The notes below the pieces were generated by a model. That model was not told the origin of the DNA. It worked only from the letters and a program-made list of their open reading frames with translations, and searched no databases. DNA of 62,716 nt, the filler included, from Choristocarpus tenellus KU-1152 (lineage: Eukaryota; Protista; Phaeophyceae): NCBI GenBank assembly GCA_964200185.2. It is 12 parts of 12 records of this genome, joined end to end, with 100 filler letters (N's around TTAATTAATTAA, not from the genome) between each part and the next. Parts side by side here need not be neighbours in the genome. Positions count along the whole stretch, not along the records: positions 38,365 to 41,745 come from CAXNAD020020416.1; positions 41,846 to 50,577 come from CAXNAD020004393.1; positions 50,678 to 54,435 come from CAXNAD020018110.1; 9 more parts are not named here. One strand, written 5' to 3'. A program made the position numbers and the translations under genes. Positions within the stretch are counted from its first letter, which is position 1. Every line of letters begins with the position of its first letter. Below are positions 38,265-51,149 of the stretch, piece by piece.

Positions 38265-41200
38265 NNNNNNNNNNNNNNNNNNNNNNNNNNNNNNNNNNNN
38301 NNNNNNNNTTAATTAATTAANNNNNNNNNNNNNNNNNNNNNNNNNNNNNNNNNNNNNNNNNNNNGGAAGGGGGACTTCTGATCACCATCTTGATTGAATT
38401 GAAATATTATGACATGTACATAGGAGTGTAAGCTCAAATCACATGGCACTTTAACCTCGTTGCTTCTAGCCTTCATGTGAAGGCTAGCCCTTTCCTTTCA
38501 AGCTTTGCAACACGCCACACTACATCAGGTTCAAGGCAGTAGATGGTCTGTACCTCGCACAATGATGTACCAGACATCCATGCATGTACGTGTTGTGGTT
38601 CTTTTTGTGCGGAACTTCGCACTGCATGCTTACTTGTATGGTACATGCTCAGGTGGAAGGGGAGTCCACGTCGTATCAGACAGGGTATGCAGTGTTGTCC
38701 ATAGGAAACGTTTTTGTGTATCAGGAGTAGTTCAGACCATCATGTGAATATAGCACCAGTGATGATGTGGTGCATGATAAGAGGGAACTTCACCATTTTT
38801 GCGTGTGGATCCTTGTCACATCCGAAATAGATTGCGACTTGCGACAGCTCTGGGCTTGATGAATTATTAGGAGTCGTCTATGTGGTAGATTATACTGCAG
38901 TGATAGCAGTAATAGGATATATGGAGGAAGAAGATGTCACAAGGGATTTGGACCTCAATGGGAGGGGATATTTCTTCGTCTTTGATGTGCTACAAAGTTT
39001 GGAGCACTTGGTTCACTGTGCATTCATAGAAAAGAGTAGGACAAATGTGATGTGGAATGAATAGTCAGGATGTGGGAGATTTGGTTGGGAGACATGGTAA
39101 GAATTGCATTGCTAACAAAAACGAAGAGTCTCCTATTACATTCAGTGCAAATGCGCTGTATATATTTATTTCATACTTAAGTATCCCACAACAAGAACCA
39201 GATGATAAATTTACATAGATCTGTATGATAATACTGTATTTTTAACATTACGAGGGCGATCTGGAAATGAAGAATCCCATACGAGTGTGTCAAGCCCTGC
39301 CTAACCCACACCAGGAGCAAAAACAAATGTCATGTAAACGTCTTCAGATATATCTGCTCCGTAGTATATACTGCGCTCGAGGCCCTATTTTTTGTGACAA
39401 GGTAACCTACGTACCTACCCTGCTGCCCAGAATGTTTACACTAAATAAAGCGGTACTCGTAGTTACGATTAAAGAATAAATAAAGGTGACAGTTATTGAA
39501 AGTAGGTGCTGGGACACACACGGACACCACAGGTAGAGTTGTAGAGACTATTTGGAGTACCTAACAAATGAAGTGATAGCAATCCACTAGTAGTGGCGTT
39601 AGATGATAGACGTATCATTATTGGTATTGTTGCTTCGATTGAAGGTATCCTCAATATATATGACCGAGTATGTGGCTGCATGCTTACGTGCATTGTGGAT
39701 GGTGTGTATTGCATTTTTTATGCTTTGGTCAGTTTATAAGATATACCTAGGTGGGCACGGAACACCCAGTGCCTTAGTCAAGTGTGGAGAACAACCACCA
39801 ATGCCGACAGGCATACACTAATCTATCTTCAAAGGAAACATGCTCTAGTGGCATCATCATCATCATCATTCAGGGATAATCAAACAGCTGAAATTAGATT
39901 TCTTTGTAGGTAGTGGTCTACTGTTGTTGTTGCGGTGGTGGTGTATTGGTGCGGGCAGTATGCAAACTGCAGCAGCAGGAGGTAGTAGTATTAAAATAAG
40001 TACTTCAGAGTAGCATTATGTTTTTGGTACTGTCAGTGGAAAGGCAACGAACAGGACTGACTGCGCACCACTTCTTTTTTTGCGCACGATGTACTTGATG
40101 TGTCCCTCCATGCAATAGGCATTCTAGCTTTTCCCACTTCTGCTTCTTCATTATTAGTCGGAACTGAAATAAATGGAGTCAGTATATGCTTCTTTAGGGG
40201 AGTGAGCACCTTGCGTACTCCGCCTTTCTTTGCAGGTTTCACACCTATCTTAGAACACATAATGCTCGCATAGCAGAACTTTTTTTTGGCATCATTGCAC
40301 AGCAGAGCAATGTTTGGACAAAGGACGATAATAGGGAGCAGAGAAAGGTAAAGTATTATTTTACTGGACAAGGCGCGTTAAGGATAGAATTGACCCAACC
40401 GTTGGCCGAACAACGAGTCGGAATCGAGAAGAGAACGAATGACCCAAAGTGCCATCCTAGGTGGCGGATGCAATAGAAGAGCAGATATGTCTCCACAAAC
40501 ACTGTCCAGGACACCAGACACTATGGCGCAAATAAACAATAGACGTACCCAAGGGTTTGATGGACAGTGGATGATGTAGATGAGAACAACGGCGGACACT
40601 TCCCCCCCCCTCTACTTCTTACTACACCAACGAAGTATTAATCTAAACTAGAGACAAAGCATATTTGTAAAATAGGAAATGTATACTAAATGGGTTATTT
40701 TGGAGAAGAACAATTATAAGGTAAATGGCCAGGGACGTTGCTCTCAACAATGGATATGATGATAGTGGAATAAGTGGATTCGAACATTATTTGTTTACTG
40801 GACAATGGGCATTAAAGAGCGAAAAAATTAGGTGCTATATGGAGCGCGACATCATAGAGCAACTCGCCTCCTCATGTTACCGTCCTGGGAATAGACGTTA
40901 CAGAACAAATGGGCCTCATCTATGTCATTACTACCTTTTCTATGAACTATGTAAGAGTTATCAATAGTTTATTAGCCTGGAGACATTCCGATTTAAGGTC
41001 AGAAGCACCTCACACTGCATGTATTACTTCTCATACTATTAATTCTTATGACGCACTACAGCCAAATTTGCCTTGCCTCCGTTCATACCTTGCTTCTCAA
41101 CTGCTGGGTTCAGCCATCTCACCACTTGTTGTTGCTTGACCTCCTACCTCAAACCTTGAGCCGTACTTCCTTCAGCATCACTTGGCAATAATGAAGCCTT

Positions 41201-41952
41201 GTTGCCTCATTCCATTTTTCCTGCATATTTGTGGTATAGTGACAGACAGAATAGTATACAAGTGTGCGTAGTGGGTATTGCTTGCTATATAAACTTTACC
41301 ATGATAATCAAGATCCAGATTTCCCTGAATAGAAGTCAAGCGGGTTTCAACTTGCCCACGATCGATGATGACATAAACTGTTAATAAAATATGAACCTTC
41401 TTTTTACTATTGTTCTATCCAATTGGACATATAACCCTCGGGTTCATCCAAGAAAAACGCTGGCGCTCTTATCATGGAGATAAAGGATGTTAAGGACCTT
41501 AAATATGACCAATGTGAAAGTTCTAACAAAACCCTACCGTTGGGTGAGCGTTACATCTTTCGACCTGAAGAAGGGGTTTTCGTTAATTGGTTGGATCATC
41601 GAAAATATGTGGATATAGATTTGACGAAAAATTGTCATTTTTTCGAACACCTCACCCTCTCACTCCATACACGTTGCTTGCATAGGAAGGGAGGACCACC
41701 CCACCTATTTTTTATGGTTTGACTCTGATATATTACAGCCAGAGGNNNNNNNNNNNNNNNNNNNNNNNNNNNNNNNNNNNNNNNNNNNNTTAATTAATTA
41801 ANNNNNNNNNNNNNNNNNNNNNNNNNNNNNNNNNNNNNNNNNNNNAACCCCCCCCCCCCCTTTTCCTTCACCCCCCTCTTTCACAAAAAAAAAAAAAAAA
41901 AACCTTCCTAAAAACTTGGACCCCCCCCCCCCCCCCCCCCCTGAACACTAAC

Positions 41953-44900
41953 CTCCACAACTTCAATGTGCCCGCCAGCTGCGGCCACAATCAGAGGGGT
42001 AAAGCCCGTATCACTCATCACACCAGCATCCGCCCCACTCTCAAGGAGGGCGTTAACTGCACCAATAGAGCCACTCTCTGCTGCATTCATCAGCGCAGTG
42101 ACTCCATCGTTGTCCTTGCTATGGACATCACCACCTAGAAAACGTGTTAAGCAATTTTTAAGGTTGGAGGTTGGGAACAAGTTCATGATTGGAGGGATTA
42201 GTAGGTCGGTGGGTGGAGTATATGAAGGAATGTAAGTGGATCGGAGGTAGTAAGTGAGACCAACAGAATTCAAGCACAGATTTTGTTAGTAAGATTTTTC
42301 AGCTGCAGGACATGATGCGGGCAAGCCAATTGCAGTCACTGTCGATAATGTCTTATCCTTTCTGTTTCTTTTTAAAAAACCGACTCGCTATCAGTACTTT
42401 CATGAGACATCAACCATATTTTGGGGGTGTTATCGATGACTAGACTGCCAGTGACAGTTGGGAACACTCGGGTACAGCTTAGTATCCTTCACAAACAAAG
42501 CATTACAGAGAGGATCACAATGTATATACTTCAGTGTCACAAACAAAAAATAACCTTACCATCCCATACGAGAATGGGATATGCACACGTGTTTGTGCAA
42601 TCAATCATGCCCCACCTCACTCACACCGGGTGTTGTTGTGGTCTATACGCAATGTACGCAAAAACATAAGAGCCCTAACCCTAACCTATAATTCATAGTG
42701 TACCTACGAGGATGAGGAACTGTCGTAAGATACACCACATACCCTAATCTTGCCATCTATCAGAACCGTAAAATGAACCACTTGAATCAAAATCCTAATA
42801 CCACGCCCTCCATTACATCAATCAATAAAAACAACTCTTTTATACGACAAACCTATTTATACAAATTAAAGTCCCCAACCTGCTTCCACAAGGAGTTTGG
42901 TTGCCTCATCCCTCCCTCCAGCTGCAGCTCCCATGAGGGCGGTGATTCCATCGCTCCGGACATTGTTAGGTGAAGCACCACTGCTCAGAAGGAACTTCAC
43001 CACTTCTGTCTTGCCCTCTCCTGCTGCCAGCCAGAGTGCTGTGACACCAGACTTGGCTTGTGAATCCACCTCCGCCCCCGTCTGATAAAAAAACGTAACA
43101 CAAAAACGATTAAGGTGTTTAGTACAAATTGACGAGTGGGAGGAACGGGACATAGCTGAAGGTTTCAGGAGTCATAAAAAAAACCACAATAATTTACTCA
43201 ATAGGGTGAAAAAAAAGAGCCAAGACTGCAAGCAAACAATGCAACTTGTTGCACACTGGTGAGCTTGTGTTGAGGTGAATGTCTTTATAGTAGCCTACTA
43301 TACTTCCACTACCATGCTGGTCTCTGAAGAAGACCATGCAACATCCATTTTTACCTTGATGAGCTCTTCTACTACAGGCATGTGACCCATGATGGATGCC
43401 TCCATGAGGGCAGTGATATTGTCCTTGTCCATAGCATTCACATCTGCTCCCTGGGAGGCCACAAAGGAGGATTCAAGCGTGATACACAGGTCAAAAACAG
43501 GCAACAAGCAGACATAACTAAGAGCCTGAGTGTGTTTCTTACAATATGGCACAGAGAGACTAGAAAAGAAAAGAGAGCCTTGATGCATCCTCTGCTTCTT
43601 TCTCTCAGGGTCCAAAAGTCACATTGAGGGTAGTACAGACAAGGCCTAGAACTTTTTCTTCTACCAATGCCCCCAAAAGAGGTAAACCCGACCACTTCAC
43701 ATTAAATAACCCCCCAAAAACATACATAATCTAGTCACAATTCTTGTGCTCGCTCAAAAAAACATACACACAAACACACACCGGAAGCTCCTGCCCCACA
43801 TAAAAAAATACCTTGTTCAGCAGGAGTTGTACCACGGGAAGGTGACCACCAGACGCTGCTGCAATAAGAGCAGTTAGCTTATCCCAGTCCTGACTGTTGA
43901 CATCGAGCCCATCAGTGAGGAGCTTCTCCACACCTTCCACATCACCATCTGCAGCAGCAGCAATAAACCTTGATCACACAAGATCGTTTTCGAAAAGGGT
44001 AGGGGAATACAGAAATGTTGGTGTGCCAAGGACCGTTATCTTTATGTTACAGAGGAGTACAGAGGGGGCTTACTTGCAACGTGAGGGAATTACCTTGCAC
44101 CAGGGCTCATCATCAATGCAATGTCGTCTTTGGTCGCAAACTGCAGAGCGAGGCCAACGTAGCCTGATTCACATTTCACGACCTTTGCCTTCTCACCTGC
44201 ACCTCACCAAAACAACAGTAAGCAGGGAGGGGGGAAAATGTGAGCCAATGTGTTGTGCCACGACGCGACAAACTCTTTGGCCTCCAGGAAATATTCGCTT
44301 GTCATACTATCCAAGGATGGACACATCTCACCGTCACGCTGAAGGCAGTTGAGGTTTCCGTCCCCCTCTGTCAGTACATAGCCACTCTCAGCATCACCCA
44401 GGATGTTCCATGCCTTTGGATTAAAATTGTTCGGATGGGAGAATACAAAGGGAAGGGACAGCAGAAGGAGGCGAAAGGGAGCATTCTTACTTAGGAAATA
44501 GGAAGGTATCACATGATGCTTGCATGGTAGGTACAGGCTTGGGGGAAAAGCTCAAAACAAATCACCGAAGTCATCAGTCTTTTCGTGGAAAAGGCCAAGC
44601 TTTCAAGATTGCTTGAGACACGCAACTAGAGGACTACTTCTGGACAACAGCAACACAAAGCAGCGACAAAGATATGGGAGTCAATCTTCTCTGCACAACA
44701 AGAGTCCCAGAGGAACACATCAGTATTAAGAGTTTCTTACCTTGGCGCAACATCCCCTGCAAGCACCAAGCTCGAGGAAGGAGTCACTGGTGTCGCACGA
44801 AGTACGGTCCAGGCACATATCCTGAAGGCAAATCAATGCACATATTTAGAAGGGGACGAGATGTGTGAGATGGAGGCAAGCTGGTGGAAATGGCACAGGG

Positions 44901-45934
44901 GGGATTACCATACTGAAAGGCTTCAATGGAGGCCATCATTGTCAAAATAAGAAGGTTCAACTATGAAGAGAGTGACCTGATCCCGAAATAAACTGCCACT
45001 GCGAAATCCCAGACCCGATTGAGTACACTAAACTTGGTAAATAAAATGTAAGAATACCCTGAATGAGGGATTCGAAGGTGTGATCTTACCACACCTTCTG
45101 GTTCGCTGTGGAGATTGAAACATACGAACACAAAATCGAGGCAGCTGAACTTAAAATTGCGCTGCATCCCATAAGGTGGGTTTAACGTTCGTGAGACTGG
45201 TTACTTTCATGCGTTGTGTCATCTTCAACTATACTTCGTAACTTCAAGATGCGTGAGGTTTTTTCAGGAACCCAGGGCGTCAACCAGAGAAATAACAGAG
45301 AGATGGGGATATTGGTCTTGCTTGTGATCATAGTAACGAATTTCATAGTAGTTTAGACAGGACCTGGAACGGCAAAGACCAAAAACTCGCCTTCTCGCCA
45401 TCTTCCACTGGTCGGTGGTGAAGCTGGTACTGGGTGGTTGAGCCGCTTACGTACCAGAGCGTGTCTACTCCGCAACGCTTGAACGTCTCACCAGCAAGGC
45501 ACTGACCTGTGGGAGACAGCAGGAGGATCGAACGTACCATAGTCAACACGTAAGGTCCGGGAACTGTACATGAACGAAGGAAGAGATGCCAAGTCGCAGA
45601 AAAAAGAGCTGAATTTCGCACCAATGTGCCTCAGTCCTCGAAACGATGATCCGAGGAAAAGATGAGGCAACAAGAGAGTTCTTGAAAATCACATGGTCAA
45701 TCGTACCCTATCCAGACAGAACACATCCTACAAATGCCACACCCACGAAAATCAACTAGGGCCATCCACACAGACAAGAGGGTACACCGGAGATTTCAAC
45801 GGGGGGGTATCGTCACCATCTACGGGATCTTGGAGGAAGAAAGAAGGCTGAGTATTGCTGGTAGAGGCGGTAGCTGACTGTGGAGCGGCTCCAGCCAACA
45901 AAAGTAGGGCGGTGGCAGTGGCTGTGGACATCAT
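41953..45934 (-). CDS. Signal peptide + Cys-rich ricin-B-like domain + ankyrin-repeat protein (3'-partial, 9 exons)
   Basis: Phase-consistent exons 45934-45817, 45506-45391, 44821-44741, 44413-44332, 44196-44094, 43968-43812, 43450-43355, 43081-42880, 42134-41953. Hydrophobic N-terminus; QCLA/MCLD/NCLQ..C..W pattern; about 7 ankyrin repeats (TALIAAASGGH, TALMEASIMGH, TALWLAAGEG, TPLIVAAAGGH). Confidence 0.92.
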
Positions 45935-47216
45935 GTTGACCCGCGTTCAAAACGAGGTCACTGTAAGCCTTTTGCAGACCACACAAAACGGTGGCTCCAA
46001 GCAGCCGGCGGTCAAAGACCAATGAACGTCCTACGGTAGGTAGCGTTCAGATAGAAAATGCCACTGAGGTGTCGATATTGACGTCTCCGTCCTCGTCCCC
46101 TCAATGACCCCAAGCCTGCCAAGTGTCAGTAATAATATGACACCATATACACTAAAAAGTACATATATATGCTTCCCTACTTGTAATAGACTCTTATATT
46201 AATTCCAAGTTACTTTCATCTAATATGTTACTACCCCAATATCCACATATGGGCATATGTTGAAATGAAACATAGATCTGGTTCATTCAAAATCACACCT
46301 ATCGAACCAATAAAGGGTGGGAAGTAGAGGCATCACCCACACCTCTTTAAATGGATGCTACGAGAAGCGGAGAGTAGCAATTGGAACTGAGAACGTGATC
46401 TTGCCTTGCTTCTTCGCTGTCAACTGGCAAGTGAGGTTGAGAGGCCTAGGTAAGCTTTCAGAATAGTGATGTCAAGACATCTAACCTCGGTAGAAGAGGA
46501 ACTCATGTTTTTGAGCAGAGATGCATGAGTCGATTTACCTTTGCAACGCCTCATTCAAGATTTTTTGGGGCGTATCAACCCCGTAGCCATCGATATGAAC
46601 TATAGCTATGTCCTCCGACTCAGAAACGCCAATCTTTTCCCTTCAAAGGGTCCTCTCTTTGCCGTGTAGTGTGTTTTTTGCGCTCAGATTCCTGTGTCTT
46701 CATTCACTTATCCCCAGAATCTCACCCATAGGGAAGCTCAAGCAGCTCCCGGATGCCTGTGATATCGTTGCACGACCCTACGTTTTGAATTTGGGTCTAG
46801 GAAAGTGAAGTAACACACTGGGCCGCATAATTCCTGGACCTCGTGCTGTCACGTGGTCATATCCCACCTCTTACGTCGATGTCAATGGTGCACCAGGAAG
46901 AAAGCTTCGAAGCACTGGATTATTTGAAGCTCCCCTCCATCCCCTCCCCTTTTCTTCTAAAGTCTCCCTAAGCCCTTCATCAACAACCTAAAACGCGTTG
47001 CAACAGTTCTTGCACTTCTTGGCAGTCTACCCTTGGACAGTTTTTTTTTATCGTTGTGGTAGTAGTTTCCATTTTAAGTGTCAGATCCCTGAGCGGCAGA
47101 GGTACAGACCTGTGACATTACCGCATCCTTTACATTTTGTGACCCAGGCAAGTCTAGAGAGCTTAGCTCCACGAGGTGGGCTACAGCGTTTGTACCCACC
47201 TCAGGCAGCTGGAGCA

Positions 47217-48050
47217 ATGCCAACGAATCCACGCCGCAGGAGGTTGGCTGTGGCTACGACTGCTGCCGTGACACTGGCCTTTGCTCCCGGTGCAGATGCC
47301 TTTACACCGCCCGGTTCATTCTTGGCAACTCCATGTTGCCGGCATCACAACGCCCGATCAAGGCTAAGATCGCCTAAGCATGCTGCCCCTGCGGTGGTGA
47401 TAAAGGCTCGATTGCCATGGCATGCTGCACCAACCTGTGGCACCAGGTGCTCTGGCTCAATAGCCCCTCTGGCAGCAGAAGGAGGCGAAGGAGCAGGTGG
47501 GATGGGAGATGGGGATCTAAGCAGGGAGAAGAGTGACGACTGGAAAAACACCGGAGCTGTCCCAGCGGTGGTGCTAGCAACCGGAATGGTGGCTGTTAGA
47601 ACCCGCCATGAGTACCGAGCGGCAAAAGAACGGCAGGCAGTTTTGGAGGCTGAGAAGGCAGCAGCACGGGAGGCTCAACTCAAGGCTGAGGCACAAAAAT
47701 CTTCTAGGTTTTGGCGTGCGAGAAGATCAAGCAACAAGGCTCAGGAGATGACTGCCCGTAGCTCTAATGCTAATGGTGGTCTTGACCTCAGTGCAAGTGT
47801 CATTGGTTCCAGCAGGAGGGAGGCTGGGCTGGAAGGTGATGGATGGAGGACGCAGGAGCTGCTGATGGAAGAAGACCAAACCCAGACTCAGGAAGTTTGG
47901 CTCCAGCAACGGCTGTGGGGGTCGTCTGAGGCAGGTGGCTTAGGAGCAGAGGATGACGAAGAAGATGAGGAGGGGTATCTAGAGGAGGACGAGTGCCAGG
48001 AAGAGGACTGGGAAGCGGAGGAGGAAAGTCTTGCGTGGGAGGCAGAGCAG
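47217..48050 (+). CDS. First exon of an unknown protein with a probable bipartite plastid-targeting signal and an acidic tract
   Basis: ATG at 47217 in the 46998-48128 ORF; LAVATTAAVTLAFAPGADA-FTP, then an S/R/P-rich transit-like region, coiled-coil-like and E/D-rich segments; CAG|gtgcgc donor at 48050. Confidence 0.7.
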
Positions 48051-49200
48051 GTGCGCCTTGCCTGTCTTGAGTATCATGTTTGTTATACTTCAAGTGTAAT
48101 ATCAAGTTTAGTTGGTGCCCCCTTGTAGGCAAAGTGGATTTTTGAAATCTTTCCAATCTGTTCATTGACCACTATGCCACAAAAATGGACACTATGCAAC
48201 CAATATGTGTGCTTCAATGGCCCAGCCTTCATTATTAACATGACCTAGGATGGAGTTGATGCGCTCACTGGTGGGGGTGGGTGTGATCAATGATACATAG
48301 GAGGAGTGGGCAACAAAAGTGGGATGTCATTCCTGTCTGTAAAATAAGTCTTCACCTCTGTCCCTACCTACATGCTGCACATGCTAGTATAAATTCCACT
48401 TGAATGCTTGAGTTTGTTGTCTGTGGTAAAGGAGCAGCGGTTGTGGATATTCCGTGAGTGAGGTGCCTGGTGCTGCTTACAGAGTATTTGGCTGGCTTTT
48501 ACAGTTACGCTTACTCAGATGGTATAATGTGGTATATACTAAAAGTTGAACCCAAGCAAAAAAAGAGGACAAAGAAGGACAAATATTTAGTTCAATTAAA
48601 AAAGTATACTGGTAGGTGCGTTGCAATGCACTTTCTGCCTCTGCTATCCATATGAGTTCCACCAAACGTGAAGCTAAACAAGTAAGAACCTGATATATTT
48701 CCACCCAGTAGTTGAATGATGATCTAGTCCTCTTGTATCCCGATCCTCCCCGCAGGAGCCTCTCACCCCCCAGTTGATACCCATCTTATACTACAGCCTA
48801 TATATTCCTGTTATTTGGTGGTCATTGTTCTGTCCTTTTTTGTTGGGTGCCTTGTGTTCACCTCGAAATGTACCCTTCTGCCTGAGGGGTCAGGGATGTG
48901 TAGAAGTCTGTCAGCAAGAACATTGCTCTTGTGAATAGTATGTATCTCAGGCAGCGTTTTATTATGTATCGTGCGCCTTCGGTTATGTGGGTTGGAAGGA
49001 ACCTCTCACCATATCCCTGTGCTAGGACTTTGTCATGGGTTGTCCCAGAATCTGTGGGAATCATTACCCTGGTGTGCAAGAGTTGAAGTTGATTTCTGAT
49101 GTTGTGGTGGTAATAGCTTATTGTAATAGAGTAGTACTAGTGATAGCATAGCCACAGGCTACTACTGCTAGGTAGCTATCCATGTCTACTTTGAGCTTGT

Positions 49201-49435
49201 GAGCCAAAGTATCTTAGAGGGTAGAGCCGCGCGTCCATTTGGGGCCCAAAATCGAATGTTGCGATGTTGATGTAATTTTGGGTATCGTGTTGTTAGGGAG
49301 TGTCAATATTCATGTTCTGGACACAAATTTTGATAACATTTTGGAATAGGAAAATGTCAATAAAGAACCTATGGGAGGTCAAGCCCCAAATAGACATAAA
49401 GGCCAAAACTCGTACCCTCTGAGATACTTTCACTC
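49201..49435. mobile_element. MITE family A copy (reverse orientation, internal deletion)
   Basis: TTGT|GAGCCAAAGTATCTTAGAGGGTA ... GAGATACTTTCACTC|TTAT. Confidence 0.92.
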
Positions 49436-51149
49436 TTATCCAATGATATGATTTATAGTCTTTTGAAAAATTCAGATTTTGAAAAACCAAGCGAAGTGGT
49501 TTCTGTGTTGCTTCCAAAAATTGCGTACACAGCACACCATTCTTATATCACCCAGTTGAACTTAGTTAGGGTTAGGGTCCTTTTTTTATTAACCTCTTTG
49601 ACCCTCACATCCTGGTGGTGTTGATCGCCGGACTGATTGGTGTTGGGCCTTGCACTGTTCATGTTGTGTTTTGATTGGCACCAAGCAGGCTTGAGCAATG
49701 CTTTGTGACCTTACTCTCTACACCAGAAGAGGTACCTGATGTTGGTATTGGAATTTGGTACTAGTCCATGATTTAAACCATGGACTGTATTGATTGTTAC
49801 TGAGTGAAGCATGTGCTGGACTGAGATGAAATACCTCATGACACACGCACACTCACATGCACACATACTCACACAAGACTCCTGCTGTGAACAGTCTTTT
49901 CAATGCCCGTCCACTCTCAAGTGACTTCCGAGTCTGTACGGCGATGCCGTACAGACGAGACCGCTTGTGCTTTGAAAAAAAAAAAAAAAAAAAAAAAAAT
50001 GTGCTCTATTGGTTACGTGCAATCGAAGGTGTGAGGTACGTTGACACACAGCCTACAAGAGATCTCACTGTCGTTGGGGAACCCTCACCGTCACTCGTAA
50101 GGGTTATGGCTTTCAAACGCAGGTTAGGGTTAGGGTTAGGGTTATATTCTCGAAAATTTAGTGTCAAGAGTGTTGCCCGAGAACAGTTCTGGGCCCCCGA
50201 AGACGGGGAATATCCACTGTGCGCCGTTGAGTGTGTGACTTCAAAGTAGAGTACGATCTCTGCAGCGGAATAAGACAGATAATAAATAAAAATAAAATAA
50301 AAAACGAGACAGGTCTGCTGCGCCATCTTAGACATGAGATGAGATTCCAAAACGGTCCGAGCGATTCCCGGTGTGAAAGTCTTGTTGCGTTGACAATGAA
50401 ATACCGTGAGAGAGCCCGTGGTGGTGACGCCTTCCTATAGGTTGTCGGTGTTTCTGTTTCCGGTAGTGCTTGTTGTTGCTGGTGGTGGTGGTGGTGTGCT
50501 GCGATGTTGAGTGCGAGGTGACACCACACCTTTTTTTTTTTGTTCCCCTGCTTATTGTTAAGGAGGCGTGTTGCTGTNNNNNNNNNNNNNNNNNNNNNNN
50601 NNNNNNNNNNNNNNNNNNNNNTTAATTAATTAANNNNNNNNNNNNNNNNNNNNNNNNNNNNNNNNNNNNNNNNNNNNGGTGGTGGTGGTGGTTTGTAAGG
50701 GGGCGTCCGTATTGGTCAAAGAACTCTTTTTTTTGCTGACATTTCAAATACGACACGTGCGACCAAGTCACACCAAAAATGAGGCATGGGTAACCACTTC
50801 TCCTATTCAAGCAGTAAGCAGCTACGCCACTGTCACAGGACAGGAGTAAGAAGAAAGGACTGTCCACCACTGCCACACCATCCTTTTGTTTTTCTTGATG
50901 TTTCCGACAGCCTAGACACATGTATACATACTCTACAAGTGTACAGCAACAACACATCTAGTATATATGTGTGTGTGTAACACCGATTCTGGTCCAACAA
51001 CAACACAAAACAAACAGAAAGAAAACATGGTGTATGAACCAGGATGAATCCAGGAAAAAAAAAGAAACAGCATAGAATACTAGGCAAGTATACATACATA
51101 GGGTAGTAGTGAGATAAACAGGGTCATCTTGGTTGGCAGGACGGAATTA

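Noticed and set aside
40090-40150. KARMPIAWRD resembling complex I subunit NDUFB7
   Set aside because: The conserved downstream Cys pattern and splice context are absent; the region looks more like eroded non-LTR RT sequence.
41555-41630. Hammerhead ribozyme core (CTGAAGA...GAAA)
   Set aside because: Stems II and III and the cleavage triplet cannot be formed convincingly.
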